From an uncultured virus (IMG/VR IMGVR_UViG_3300043099_000071) (Duplodnaviria; Heunggongvirae; Uroviricota; Caudoviricetes), in IMG/VR virus record IMGVR_UViG_3300043099_000071: DNA of 64,000 bases; one strand, written 5' to 3'. Numbering within the stretch: position 1 is the first letter of the stretch; every line of letters begins with the position of its first letter. The notes under the pieces are model-generated. The model searched no databases. It was not told where the DNA came from and worked only from the letters and a program-made list of their open reading frames with translations. Shown piece by piece: positions 9,193 to 18,521 of the stretch. The translations under genes were made by a program, and so were the position numbers.

Positions 9193-12013
9193 CGAAGAAA
9201 TCTTCCGGTAGTTCCGTTTTAAATGCGTAGCACTTCACGGCATTCTGGTGGGTGCCTTGCTTCCATCCGGTCGTGAGTCGCTGCTTCTTGGTTAGTTTGT
9301 CGCCTTCATGCACGACGAGAATCCCTGCCTTCCGCCACGCCTTTTCAGCCGCAGCCACGCTAACCTGCATACCCGGAGCAGACAGATAACTCTCTAATGC
9401 AGATGCCGCGATGTATTGCACACCAGAATGCACCTCGATACGCCCGACAACCTTTTGTCCGCGAGGCTCCATCACAACCTTGCCGTCGTTCAAAGCCAAG
9501 AAGTTGTTGACGTTGTTGTTGAAGAAATCGCCAATCAAAGCCTTGTAATCAATCTCGTTGATCTTGAATACGTTCTTTCGGATGTCGAGCATGGTCTTGA
9601 TCACCACGTCGAAGATCCGGTACAGGTCTAACTGAACGATCCCCGCTTCAACTGCCAACTCGCCACCGGCAAAGCAGCAAGCAATCGTGTTCTCGTAGAA
9701 ACGGTATGCCGGGTTAGCACCGTACTCTTCACGAAAACGCTCGGCCCACTTGGCGATTCTCTTACGGATCTCCTGCTCACCTTTGCTAAACAAGTACTGA
9801 ATGTAGATAGGCCCGGCGTGACCGTAATTGTCGTTGAACGGGTTGACGATCTCCTTGCTGAGGTTCGGGTTTTGTACGAACACTTCAGGCATCTCAAGTT
9901 GGAACTCAATCGTACGAGCGATCTCACCGTCAGGCCGCTTCTTGACCTGCTTCAACTTGTCGTACAAAGACTGGTTGGTCGTCATGACGGCAATCAAGGA
10001 CGCTCCTTGCTCAATCTCACGCTCTGCGTTCACGGACGATTGCATACGTGACTTGGCGCGACCGCTTGAGATACGATGGAGCAGACGGGACAGTATCTCG
10101 CTTTCGATGTTCGTGGCTTCGTCCAGCCCAAACAGGATGTTGCGAATAGCGAGATACCGCCCCGTCAGTGCGTTATCAGTCGCGGAGCCTTCCGCAAGAC
10201 TGGTGTAATAGGGGTTACCGAATACGCTCAACCCGGCATACATCGAGCCGGTTTTGCCCACGCCGCTGTCTGGGCTGAGATAACTGATCGTGCAACCGGG
10301 AGTCGAGGTACGGCTCATCAAGGGCGAACCAAACCCGGCCAGTAGACCTAGCGCGTGAACTTCCAGTCCCGGCAAGTTGAATGCATTGGCTGACTTCTGC
10401 CATACCTCATACGAACCTGTCGGCTTGATGTACTTTGCATATGCCCGGATGGCAGGAGACACAGCAGACGGTTTGGTTTCGTCTTTCGTTATCTCAACTG
10501 CGCCGGTCACGAAGAAGGTGAAGTCCTCGTTCCACCCCATCTGCATTCTCATAATGTCTGCTGCCTTCTGCTTCTTCAGGTAGTTATCCCACGCGATCAT
10601 GTACTCTGACACATACTTGACGAGTGACGGAGGGAAAGTAACGCCGTTGAACGGAAGTAGTTCCTTCAGTTTGTCCAACGAGTACGCAAACCTCACCGGG
10701 AACAAGAACTCGTTCACAGGATCAGTGGGCGAGATGTGTCGCATCAACAAGCACTCACCATCGGTCGGACTTTTCAACCGCTTCAAAGGGAAGAAGTCAT
10801 CCTCGATCAACTGGAATGCCTTTGTCTCTATGGGGTTTCCTTCTTCATCGAACTCAAGTTTTGGTTTGTACCAGACTCCTCCGTTTGGTCCCCGTACATA
10901 GGGGGCGAGTGAAAGAGGAAATAACGGAACTTCTTCGGGATTCGCCATGACCCGAACTGTGTCCTCTTCACTATACGTTTCGGTTGTCGGAACTTCTTTG
11001 AGTCTTCGACCAAGTTGGATTGGTCCTGACTTTCCAAACTTGTTTCTGTGTGGACATCCCTCGCAACCGGAAGGGTTAAGGGTGTGGAATGCGTCACAAC
11101 TGTATGACCACTTGGCTTCAAGAGTCGCATTGGCTTTGGCCTCGGTTTCTTCTGGGTTATAACTCGGATGCTTGTTAGACATCGCATGGATGGAAGCCTC
11201 ACCATCCATACACCGCACTGCAACGGAAAGCCCCGCCCGCCACAACGGCTCTTCAATGTTTGCTTGGTTTAAAACAATGTTCTTGATCTGGTTGCAGCCC
11301 TGCCCGTGTAGGCTCTTGACCACAACGTCGCTGAATACATATTCAAAGTTGTCAGGCTTCGGAGGCAGGTCAGGAGTGATCGTTGAAAGGATCTCCTCAA
11401 CGCTAGCCTCTTCACCCAAGTACTCTTTGAACTGTTGGAAACTGTACTGACCAAAGTCCTCGTCGATGAAACGAGTCGGACGCTCCTGATCATTTTTGTA
11501 GTTGACGGTATTCGGACAGCGCAGCACACGGGCTGCGTCACCTGTAACGTTGTTATCGATCTTGATGTGATCGTTGCACAGGGCCTTGAACTTGGTTACA
11601 TACCGCTTCCACTCCGCAATCGGAATGTCTTGGTCGAACAACCAATACGCATGTACGCCACCACCAGAATCCGTACGCACTGGCGGGGGAAGTTTCGTGA
11701 TCTGAATGAAGTCCGCTAGGGCTTCCAGTGCCTGTTCTTTGTCACGGTACTTCTTGGCATTCTCCGGATCAACGTCCAGATCAATATAAAAGGATCGCGC
11801 ATACGCAGCCGAGTCAGACTTACGGCTGTACCCGGTAAACGTACTCATGGCAACGAAGACGTTCTTCTCCTCGTCTTTCAGTGCCTCAATAATTTCTTCA
11901 AGTTCGTCAAGCGTTTGTGCAAACCGGTTCTGGACTTTACCGTCCTTGCTGATTCCGGTAACGCAATAAACGCCCTGCGAAGGTAAAGCCTTCTCGTAAA
12001 ATTGTTTTATCAT
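9164..12013 (-). CDS. Primase-helicase (N-terminal AEP/RepB-like primase, Cys cluster, DUF927-like region, P-loop helicase)
   Basis: YIDLD and DSGGGVHAYW primase motifs, RVLRCP, CEGCPH, QMGW, Walker A SGVGKT, Walker B LDE. Confidence 0.85.
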   Translation of the reverse strand: MIKQFYEKALPSQGVYCVTGISKDGKVQNRFAQTLDELEEIIEALKDEEKNVFVAMSTFTGYSRKSDSAAYARSFYIDLDVDPENAKKYRDKEQALEALADFIQITKLPPPVRTDSGGGVHAYWLFDQDIPIAEWKRYVTKFKALCNDHIKIDNNVTGDAARVLRCPNTVNYKNDQERPTRFIDEDFGQYSFQQFKEYLGEEASVEEILSTITPDLPPKPDNFEYVFSDVVVKSLHGQGCNQIKNIVLNQANIEEPLWRAGLSVAVRCMDGEASIHAMSNKHPSYNPEETEAKANATLEAKWSYSCDAFHTLNPSGCEGCPHRNKFGKSGPIQLGRRLKEVPTTETYSEEDTVRVMANPEEVPLFPLSLAPYVRGPNGGVWYKPKLEFDEEGNPIETKAFQLIEDDFFPLKRLKSPTDGECLLMRHISPTDPVNEFLFPVRFAYSLDKLKELLPFNGVTFPPSLVKYVSEYMIAWDNYLKKQKAADIMRMQMGWNEDFTFFVTGAVEITKDETKPSAVSPAIRAYAKYIKPTGSYEVWQKSANAFNLPGLEVHALGLLAGFGSPLMSRTSTPGCTISYLSPDSGVGKTGSMYAGLSVFGNPYYTSLAEGSATDNALTGRYLAIRNILFGLDEATNIESEILSRLLHRISSGRAKSRMQSSVNAEREIEQGASLIAVMTTNQSLYDKLKQVKKRPDGEIARTIEFQLEMPEVFVQNPNLSKEIVNPFNDNYGHAGPIYIQYLFSKGEQEIRKRIAKWAERFREEYGANPAYRFYENTIACCFAGGELAVEAGIVQLDLYRIFDVVIKTMLDIRKNVFKINEIDYKALIGDFFNNNVNNFLALNDGKVVMEPRGQKVVGRIEVHSGVQYIAASALESYLSAPGMQVSVAAAEKAWRKAGILVVHEGDKLTKKQRLTTGWKQGTHQNAVKCYAFKTELPEDFFDESRSETTD

Positions 12014-12031
12014 CGTCCAACTCGCAGAGAT

Positions 12032-12060
12032 AAAAAAGGCGGGAGGAGCTACCTCCCGCC
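12032..12060 (-). terminator. Rho-independent terminator between the HTH gene and the primase-helicase
   Basis: 9-bp stem GGCGGGAGG/CCTCCCGCC followed on the minus strand by T6. Confidence 0.75.
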
Positions 12061-12078
12061 GAATCCAACATGACTAGG

Positions 12079-12390
12079 TCAAATCTTTACCCCTATCATG
12101 GATTCAATATAGAGTTTGGCCGTGATGACACTGGATGCAGGGAGAACGCCGGTCTTCATATCTTCTTGAACCAAGTCCATGAAAACTTCAATGACCTTGC
12201 GTTTATCCTCGCGGATGCCACTTCCTCTGAACCAGTTGTAAACACTGATCCGTGAGGTCTCCAGTGCTTTGGCTACATATACAGCCGGTAGATTGGCCTC
12301 GACGCACAGCCTTCCCAACCTCACGCCAAGACGGCTACCGTCTGCTTCTTGCAGAGATAACAGAAATTTCTGACTGTACGAACGTGCCAC
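12079..12390 (-). CDS. Helix-turn-helix (Cro/XRE-like) protein
   Basis: AVYVAKALETSRISVYNWFRG fits an HTH; 103 aa; GAGG RBS. Confidence 0.7.
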   Translation of the reverse strand: MARSYSQKFLLSLQEADGSRLGVRLGRLCVEANLPAVYVAKALETSRISVYNWFRGSGIREDKRKVIEVFMDLVQEDMKTGVLPASSVITAKLYIESMIGVKI

Positions 12391-12398
12391 GTCCTACC

Positions 12399-13244
12399 TC
12401 ACTTCTTCGTCCATTCCTTGATGACATCAGCCACATCCGCAGCGGGAGCAGCAGTCGCCTTCTTGGATGACTCACGAACCTTCGGGGCAGCGGGAGCAGC
12501 AACTTCCACTGACTCTTCCTTGCCACCTTCATCCTGTTGATACACCGTCAACTTGATGGCGTTCTCAGCGGCAGGGGTCTTCGACTGGTTAGTCAACGTA
12601 TCCAGATCATCCGGGCTAATGCCCGACACAGGCGAGAACAGAACGCGAGGCACAGGTGACTTGGTGTCAAACTGCATCTTGGTCACGACACGCCCTGCCG
12701 AGATGTTGTGGTTAGCAAGCATCTTGACGTACTCACGGAACGGCCACTTGCCGTTCTCCTCTTTGCCGAACACGGACGTAGCAGGTAGAACCAACTGCAT
12801 CACGTCGCCCTTCACATCGTTGGGCAACACAACTGCTGTACGCCACGACAGACGACACGCCGTACCTGCGCCGCCTTGTCCAGAACCTTTTACGCTAAAC
12901 TGACACTTGTCACACGTGGAAGCAGGCGGGTTTTTTACATCCGCATCAGGGGTCTTGGAATCGTTCGACCAACAGGTCGGAGAAACCTTCTCGCCTTCCT
13001 TGTATCCGCCCGTGTACAACGTGCGGCTCGGGTTGTGCGCCATCTTCACAAAGATCACGTTCATGTGGCGATCTTCGATAGCACCAACTTCTTTGCCGTT
13101 CACGATCTTGCGGAACACGTTCCCCTTGATGGAGATGCGTCGGCTCGATGCAGCGGTGTTACCCGCAACGGCTCTTGTGTCTTCGTCCAAGCCGCCAATA
13201 ACGGCGAGGTCATTCTTCAAACTGGAAATGATATCAGTACTCAT
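12399..13244 (-). CDS. Putative single-stranded DNA-binding protein
   Basis: 281 aa in the replication cluster, RISIKG start, CWS...CxxC...C motif, flexible C-terminal tail ending in W; AGGAG RBS. Confidence 0.55.
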   Translation of the reverse strand: MSTDIISSLKNDLAVIGGLDEDTRAVAGNTAASSRRISIKGNVFRKIVNGKEVGAIEDRHMNVIFVKMAHNPSRTLYTGGYKEGEKVSPTCWSNDSKTPDADVKNPPASTCDKCQFSVKGSGQGGAGTACRLSWRTAVVLPNDVKGDVMQLVLPATSVFGKEENGKWPFREYVKMLANHNISAGRVVTKMQFDTKSPVPRVLFSPVSGISPDDLDTLTNQSKTPAAENAIKLTVYQQDEGGKEESVEVAAPAAPKVRESSKKATAAPAADVADVIKEWTKK

Positions 13245-13256
13245 GTGAGTCTCCTT

Positions 13257-13283
13257 TACTTACTCTACTTACCCTACTTACCT
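13257..13283 (-). repeat. 3 x 9-bp tandem repeat directly upstream of the SSB-like gene RBS
   Basis: Plus strand TACTTACTC TACTTACCC TACTTACCT. Confidence 0.85.
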
Positions 13284-13677
13284 AACTAGCCTTGCGAACC
13301 GTGATACCGAACTCGCGCATCACGTTGACACCGGGAGGCAGCCCGTCAGCATCATGTTCTTCCATGTGCTGCTTGAAGTTCCCCTGATGTATACGACGCT
13401 CAAGAAGTTCCACAGCCTCGTTCTCAAGCACGTACTTTCTGAAGTTGTCCCAGTCGCTACAGAAATAACGCTCGTTCAACTTACGCATAACAGTACCCAG
13501 ACTAGTTTTGATACTGTCAGCGTTTATCGTGTTGCACACATCAAGCAACACAGATTCCAATTTCTTCATGTCGTCTTTGAGTTTGGCGTCCTGCGCTTCG
13601 TGTTCACGCAGGAGACGTTCACGTTCCGTCCGGATCGCCAAGTATGCTTTGACCACCTCTTCCGTATTCACGCTCAT
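13282..13677 (-). CDS. Conserved phage replication-cluster protein (start MSVNTEE)
   Basis: GGAGG RBS before the ATG at 13677; coiled N-terminus, DWDNF, LERRI, LPPGV motifs. Confidence 0.75.
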   Translation of the reverse strand: MSVNTEEVVKAYLAIRTERERLLREHEAQDAKLKDDMKKLESVLLDVCNTINADSIKTSLGTVMRKLNERYFCSDWDNFRKYVLENEAVELLERRIHQGNFKQHMEEHDADGLPPGVNVMREFGITVRKAS

Positions 13678-15265
13678 CGTTGTCCTCCAGTTCCTGTTTA
13701 TACAAATCCACCAGCTTCTGGTGGCTATCCACTTTGCCTTGCAACATGTTGTAGATCTTGCGCTCCACGTCGGAGCCTTGCAGATGCACAACCGTCATCG
13801 TATTTCTTTGACCCACCCGATCAATTCGTGCAACGCACTGAAGGTACGTCTCCACGCTCATCACAGGCGACCAAAACACTACCGTATCCGCAGCAGTCAA
13901 CGTAATTCCATGAGCAGCAGATTGAGGCTGAATGATGAGGACTCGTGGATCAGGAGAATCCTGAAATCTTTGAATGATCCTCGTTCTTTCACCCGCTGAT
14001 ACGCTGCCTTGGATTACCTCGCAACTAACGTGATTGCTCTTCAGGTGTTCCTGAATCACATCGATAGTATGAATGAACGGTACGAATACTACAACTTTGT
14101 TTAACGTTTCATCAAGCACTTCTTCAAGGGCATTCAATCGAGGTTTGATGTCGAACTGAACCACCTCGCGCTTGTCGGTGTAGACCGCGCCGCCTGATAT
14201 CTGCAACAGTTTATTAAGACTAGCCGCTGCATTGACGGCACTGATCTGCTCACCCGCTGCCTCGACGAGCAACTGCTTCTTGAGCACGTTGTAATATTTT
14301 TGAGTCTGTGGCGACAATGGCACTTCGCGTGTCTGATAAACAACTTCTGGTAGATCGAGACACTCTTTCTTCGTGAACCGGATCGCTGGCTGTAGCGCAG
14401 TGTGTACCTGTTCTGTGGCGTTGTGCTTCGGTATCCATTTGAATCTGGATATCTGGTTCATCACTCGGTCACGCCAAGCACCTGAATACTTGGGTACACG
14501 AACCGGTGATATCAAACGTGCGAGACCGAACGCATCAACTGGCGACTGCGCCGCTGGCGTACCCGTCATCATCCACAATCTTGTCTCTGGCTTGATCAAC
14601 TTCGCTAGGGTTTTCCAGCGCCGTGTTGTCGCGGATTTGTAGGCGTTGGCCTCGTCCACGATGATCAGATCAAACGCCGCCTTGCTCAGGTCTTCAAACA
14701 CAGTATGAACGCCGTCAAAGTTGATGACAACAAATTCATATGTGCCTTCAATAACTTTCTTCCGTTTATCTACAGTCCCGTGTGCAACGCCGCACGTTCG
14801 ATGCATAGCAGTCTTGAAGATGTCGGCTTGCCATGCGGACTGCATGATGGAGAGTGGGCAGATGATGAGTGCCCGTTTTACCTCCCCGATGTTCATCAGG
14901 TAGTCAGTAGCCCAGATGGCGGCGGAGGTTTTGCCAGTCCCGGCTTCGTTGAAGCAGAACGCTCTGCGTCGGAGCGACAGGAAAGAGGCTGTGTCCTTCT
15001 GGTGATCAAACGGCTTGAACACACCCGGCCAGTTGTAGTCCCGCAAGATGGGGGACAGTACGTCAGGCACTTCAGGGTTAGGCTTCACCTCATCAAGTAT
15101 GTGAGTGAGCGTTGCCGCTTCGTTGTAATCCCAGTACACGACTACGTTTTTACGAGTGCCAAGATCTTGAACAATCTTGCACCGATCAATTGATTGAACT
15201 GTTTTTTCTGCGAGTGGCGCAGGGAGCGTCAGTTGCAACGCTTTATCTTCTAGTACTTGCATCAC
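13619..15265 (-). CDS. SNF2-family helicase/ATPase
   Basis: EAGTGKT, IICPLS, VDEA, MTGTP, HGITLT, RIDRVGQ helicase motifs. Confidence 0.92.
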   Translation of the reverse strand: MMQVLEDKALQLTLPAPLAEKTVQSIDRCKIVQDLGTRKNVVVYWDYNEAATLTHILDEVKPNPEVPDVLSPILRDYNWPGVFKPFDHQKDTASFLSLRRRAFCFNEAGTGKTSAAIWATDYLMNIGEVKRALIICPLSIMQSAWQADIFKTAMHRTCGVAHGTVDKRKKVIEGTYEFVVINFDGVHTVFEDLSKAAFDLIIVDEANAYKSATTRRWKTLAKLIKPETRLWMMTGTPAAQSPVDAFGLARLISPVRVPKYSGAWRDRVMNQISRFKWIPKHNATEQVHTALQPAIRFTKKECLDLPEVVYQTREVPLSPQTQKYYNVLKKQLLVEAAGEQISAVNAAASLNKLLQISGGAVYTDKREVVQFDIKPRLNALEEVLDETLNKVVVFVPFIHTIDVIQEHLKSNHVSCEVIQGSVSAGERTRIIQRFQDSPDPRVLIIQPQSAAHGITLTAADTVVFWSPVMSVETYLQCVARIDRVGQRNTMTVVHLQGSDVERKIYNMLQGKVDSHQKLVDLYKQELEDNDEREYGRGGQSILGDPDGT

Positions 15266-15278
15266 ATCCTCAGTTAGT

Positions 15279-15430
15279 AAAAACCCCTTACGGGGGTCAG
15301 TCGGTTAGGACTCAATGGAGGATAGCCTTGGGCTGTCACTGATCCTAACAGGCATGGTTAGCGCCGATGAAAACGCAAGGAAGTAAGTGGGTGGAACGTG
15401 GACTTCCTTTACTCCTACACACTCATGCCT
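15279..15430 (-). ncRNA. Candidate structured RNA / attenuator upstream of the SNF2 helicase
   Basis: Several complementary stems plus a final CCCC-GTAA-GGGG hairpin followed by T5 on the minus strand. Confidence 0.55.
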
Positions 15431-15439
15431 TGTGCGGAA

Positions 15440-15694
15440 TTACTTCATCGCCCCGTTCGACTTGCGACGGAACGAACGATTCTTACTCGGTGACTCTAGC
15501 CTAGTGCCGTCACCATTGCTACCACCTTTGGACAATGCTTTGACGTGGGCGATATCTTTGCCCTTGCGATCAATGCCCTTCTTGTCGTAACTGCGACGAG
15601 CGCGTTGCCGCTCCATGCGGTCGGGATGCTCACCACGTTCGACTTGTTGCTTGTACTCTTTCTTGTACGGTCTTGCTTTGTTCACGTACGGCAT
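15440..15694 (-). CDS. Small basic HNH-like protein (start MPYVNK)
   Basis: KDIAHVKALSKGGSN...NRS resembles an HNH core; 84 aa. Confidence 0.65.
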   Translation of the reverse strand: MPYVNKARPYKKEYKQQVERGEHPDRMERQRARRSYDKKGIDRKGKDIAHVKALSKGGSNGDGTRLESPSKNRSFRRKSNGAMK

Positions 15695-15695
15695 A

Positions 15696-16355
15696 TCAAC
15701 GCTCCTTCTGAAACTCACATGTCGCCACAGGACACCACCCACACAACGGGGTCGGATTGGCTGGCCAGACACCATTATCGTATGCGTGACCAAGCCTGAA
15801 TAAATCTGACTGGAAGGCCCCCCACAAATCTTCAGTATCTTCGCGGTCATATGTATCCGTGATGAATGCATTGTGCATCACAAATAACAAGCCGCCTTTT
15901 ATCTTGCGTACTTCGGGGAAGTGGGAATAGGTCATCAAAGCCATCAACTTCAACTGCTTCGGGTCGGGGTAACGGGCACTGCCGGTCTTGTAGTCCACGA
16001 TGAATGCCGTGTCACCCTTCACAATCAACAGGTCGGCAATACCCCGCACCCAGTAGTCGGGCGAGTCAAAGTCACAAGGTTCCTTGCTGGCGGTGAGTGC
16101 CATCTGGTATTCCACATGTTTGTCACCATCCACTGAAATCAGTGCGTCAACCATAGGCTTAAAACGCAGGTAATTTTTTGCAAGGGGAGTCCCGTCACGG
16201 ACGTAGTCTTCCAACGCCTTGTGAACTTCCTTCCCATACTTGATCTGCTCAGTCTCTCTGACCTGAAAGTTCCGCTGAACTTTGACCTCGTAATATTGCC
16301 GAGGGCAGTTAGTGAACTGCTTCAGACCCGAGAATGACCATTTAACACTCGCCAT
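15696..16355 (-). CDS. PD-(D/E)XK Cas4/RecB-like exonuclease
   Basis: SFS...CPRQY, RGIAD, IVDYKTG, QL, C-terminal CGWCP...C. Confidence 0.88.
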   Translation of the reverse strand: MASVKWSFSGLKQFTNCPRQYYEVKVQRNFQVRETEQIKYGKEVHKALEDYVRDGTPLAKNYLRFKPMVDALISVDGDKHVEYQMALTASKEPCDFDSPDYWVRGIADLLIVKGDTAFIVDYKTGSARYPDPKQLKLMALMTYSHFPEVRKIKGGLLFVMHNAFITDTYDREDTEDLWGAFQSDLFRLGHAYDNGVWPANPTPLCGWCPVATCEFQKER

Positions 16356-18201
16356 ATGACTCCCCATATTTGGCTTCACAGGCTACTGGTAAGCCCTTCG
16401 CCCAATCTGGAGGAGTAGACATTACTTGTGTAATAAAGGCAACGCCCTCTTCGATCTCTGCCTTCGGCACGATGCACACGGCTGCGTCATGGACTGTCAG
16501 CACGGGTCGGTAACGTTCACGCAGTTTCAACATCTGCTCGCCAACAATAATTCTGGCAAGGGCTTGGACAATGTTCTCCACCATAGCCCCGCCCCAGATA
16601 CCCACCACTCCTTTACGTGAGGTGTAAACGAATTTGTTATCACGTAGTTTTAAGTCCGGGTAGTGTATGTACAGTCCGTTAGGAAGTTTTATGCCATGCC
16701 CAGTAACGCATACGGCTGGCACTGCACCAAGTGTGTACTCCTTGAACTCGATGTGACTCTCAGGCCACTCGATCAGATGGTTCAAGGCTTGGTCGCACTC
16801 ACACCACAGCACCGGAATCTTGTCGTTTTCTGACCGATACACCGACACAATGCGCTTCGCTTCGTCTTCATCAATGTCAGCACCGGGCGGCTGCGTCTTT
16901 AAAGTGTGCTTCAGTTTCAGTGCCCCAGTGCCATAACCCAGTCCCAAGATGCAGGTCTTGCCGACGAACCGTTCAACGGGGTTGGCCTTGCTAATAGAGC
17001 GACCGTAGATCTTGGAAGCGAATATGGAATACACGTCTTCGCCACGACGGAACTGCTCGACAACATCTTTCTGCCCGGCAAGCCATGCAAGTACACGGGC
17101 TTCAATCTGACTACTGTCACAGTTGACGACATAATGTCCTGCGGGCGCCAGCACAGAATTTTTCAACGCCTTCTTTTTCTTGTCGCGGCTCGGCAAGTTC
17201 TGGAAGTTGACAGCATCAGACCCTGCCCATCGCCCGGTGTGTGCGCCGTAGTACTTGAGTGGGATTGGCAGTCGCCCTTTGTTACGCGCTCCGATGCCGA
17301 TGAACCGCTCGATGCGAGACTCCTCGATGGTGGACTTCGTACCGAGGCGTACTGCACACAGTTGTTGGATAACGGGATCGTCATGCTCCGTCAGCGCGAT
17401 GAACCCTTCATCGTTCTTCGCAAGAGCGAATGTCTCTTTGCCAGTTGTCAGGCTCACCTTCATAGGCGGCTCGACCCCCATGTCTTTCAGCACGGTGGCG
17501 AACTGTGGATTACTGGCTAACTTGGCACGGACTTCCTCTTCAGTGCCTACCTGCATGATGCCCATCAGACCACCGAGAAGTTCCTTCTTCTCTGACTTGA
17601 TCTCCTCAAGTCTTTCAACAAGCATGGCATCGTCAACGGTCAGCACCGGCTGCGTATACATACGCAACGTCATGTCGATCAGGTCTAACTCTGCCGATGG
17701 GAACCCTTCCGCCAACATCGCAGAGAACAGTTTGAATGTGAGGTTCACGTCGTTGATGCAGTACTTGCCATACTGCGCCAAGTCTTGCGGAGTGAAGTCT
17801 TTGAGCCGCTTACCCTGCGCCTCGACAACCTCTGTACCTTTTTTACCGAGAGCGTAACGTTCTGCCAGCTTAGCTAACGACGCTCCTGCATCCACACCAT
17901 GAATTGCTCGTGCCATGCAGAGAGAATCGAAGTACATCGCAGGCACTATCCCGTAACGCCACGCGAGGATTGCTCCGTCGAACTGCATGTTGTGGCACAG
18001 CAGGGCGGAGTTAGCCCAGTCGATCTTGGCCAACTCTTCTTTCGCATCTCCTGCATACCATTGCGTCTCACCATCATCGATCTTGATGGCAACGCCGATG
18101 ACTTCAAACCGAGGGTCGTTGATGTACTCCTCAGTCGTGTACTTCTTCAGACCGTAGTCACTTGCGTAATACGTTTCAAAATCAAGTGTTACGAAACTCA
18201 T
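16342..18201 (-). CDS. polA: Family A DNA polymerase with 3'-5' exonuclease domain
   Basis: LDFET, HNMQFD, YCINDV exonuclease motifs; HTGRW, NFQNLP, DSSQIEARVLA, KTCILGLGYG, ENIVQ, TVHD polymerase motifs. Confidence 0.95.
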   Translation of the reverse strand: MSFVTLDFETYYASDYGLKKYTTEEYINDPRFEVIGVAIKIDDGETQWYAGDAKEELAKIDWANSALLCHNMQFDGAILAWRYGIVPAMYFDSLCMARAIHGVDAGASLAKLAERYALGKKGTEVVEAQGKRLKDFTPQDLAQYGKYCINDVNLTFKLFSAMLAEGFPSAELDLIDMTLRMYTQPVLTVDDAMLVERLEEIKSEKKELLGGLMGIMQVGTEEEVRAKLASNPQFATVLKDMGVEPPMKVSLTTGKETFALAKNDEGFIALTEHDDPVIQQLCAVRLGTKSTIEESRIERFIGIGARNKGRLPIPLKYYGAHTGRWAGSDAVNFQNLPSRDKKKKALKNSVLAPAGHYVVNCDSSQIEARVLAWLAGQKDVVEQFRRGEDVYSIFASKIYGRSISKANPVERFVGKTCILGLGYGTGALKLKHTLKTQPPGADIDEDEAKRIVSVYRSENDKIPVLWCECDQALNHLIEWPESHIEFKEYTLGAVPAVCVTGHGIKLPNGLYIHYPDLKLRDNKFVYTSRKGVVGIWGGAMVENIVQALARIIVGEQMLKLRERYRPVLTVHDAAVCIVPKAEIEEGVAFITQVMSTPPDWAKGLPVACEAKYGESYGEC

Positions 18202-18358
18202 ACTTCCACCCCTTACCCGTCTCAACGAATCCTGCTAATCGTAGTGCCTCGATTGATCGGCACTGACCAAACTTGTACTTGTGCGACCGGAACGATTCCG
18301 GGTTAGCGAACTTTCGCTTGCACTCCGTACACCTTCTTTCTTTTACGACGACTGTCAT
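18182..18358 (-). CDS. 58-aa zinc-finger protein, below the ORF-track cutoff
   Basis: Hand translation MTVVVKERRCTECKRKFANPESFRSHKYKFGQCRSIEALRLAGFVETGKGWKYEFRNT; CxxC...H...C; fills the gap before polA. Confidence 0.7.
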   Translation of the reverse strand: MTVVVKERRCTECKRKFANPESFRSHKYKFGQCRSIEALRLAGFVETGKGWKYEFRNT

Positions 18359-18521
18359 CTTTCATCCTCGCTATCTCAGCCCGTAAGTATTTGATCTCGT
18401 GGTGGCACTGCCACAACACGCTACCCACCGTCAAAAACTTAAACTCTGTAGTTGTTGATGTGTCGTTGACCTCGTTGGGTAACGCACGTATCAAGTCCAG
18501 AATGTCATCTTCAATCTCCAC
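18303..18521 (-). CDS. Hypothetical protein
   Basis: 72 aa, coupled to neighbouring genes, AGGAG upstream. Confidence 0.6.
   Translation of the reverse strand: MEIEDDILDLIRALPNEVNDTSTTTEFKFLTVGSVLWQCHHEIKYLRAEIARMKDDSRRKRKKVYGVQAKVR

Noticed and set aside
15351..15430. Pistol ribozyme on the plus strand (GGTTAGCGCC)
   Set aside because: The required downstream pseudoknot complement is absent
15696..16355. Cas4-like nuclease as part of a CRISPR-Cas system
   Set aside because: Sits between polymerase and helicase as in many phage replication modules; no cas1/cas2 or array
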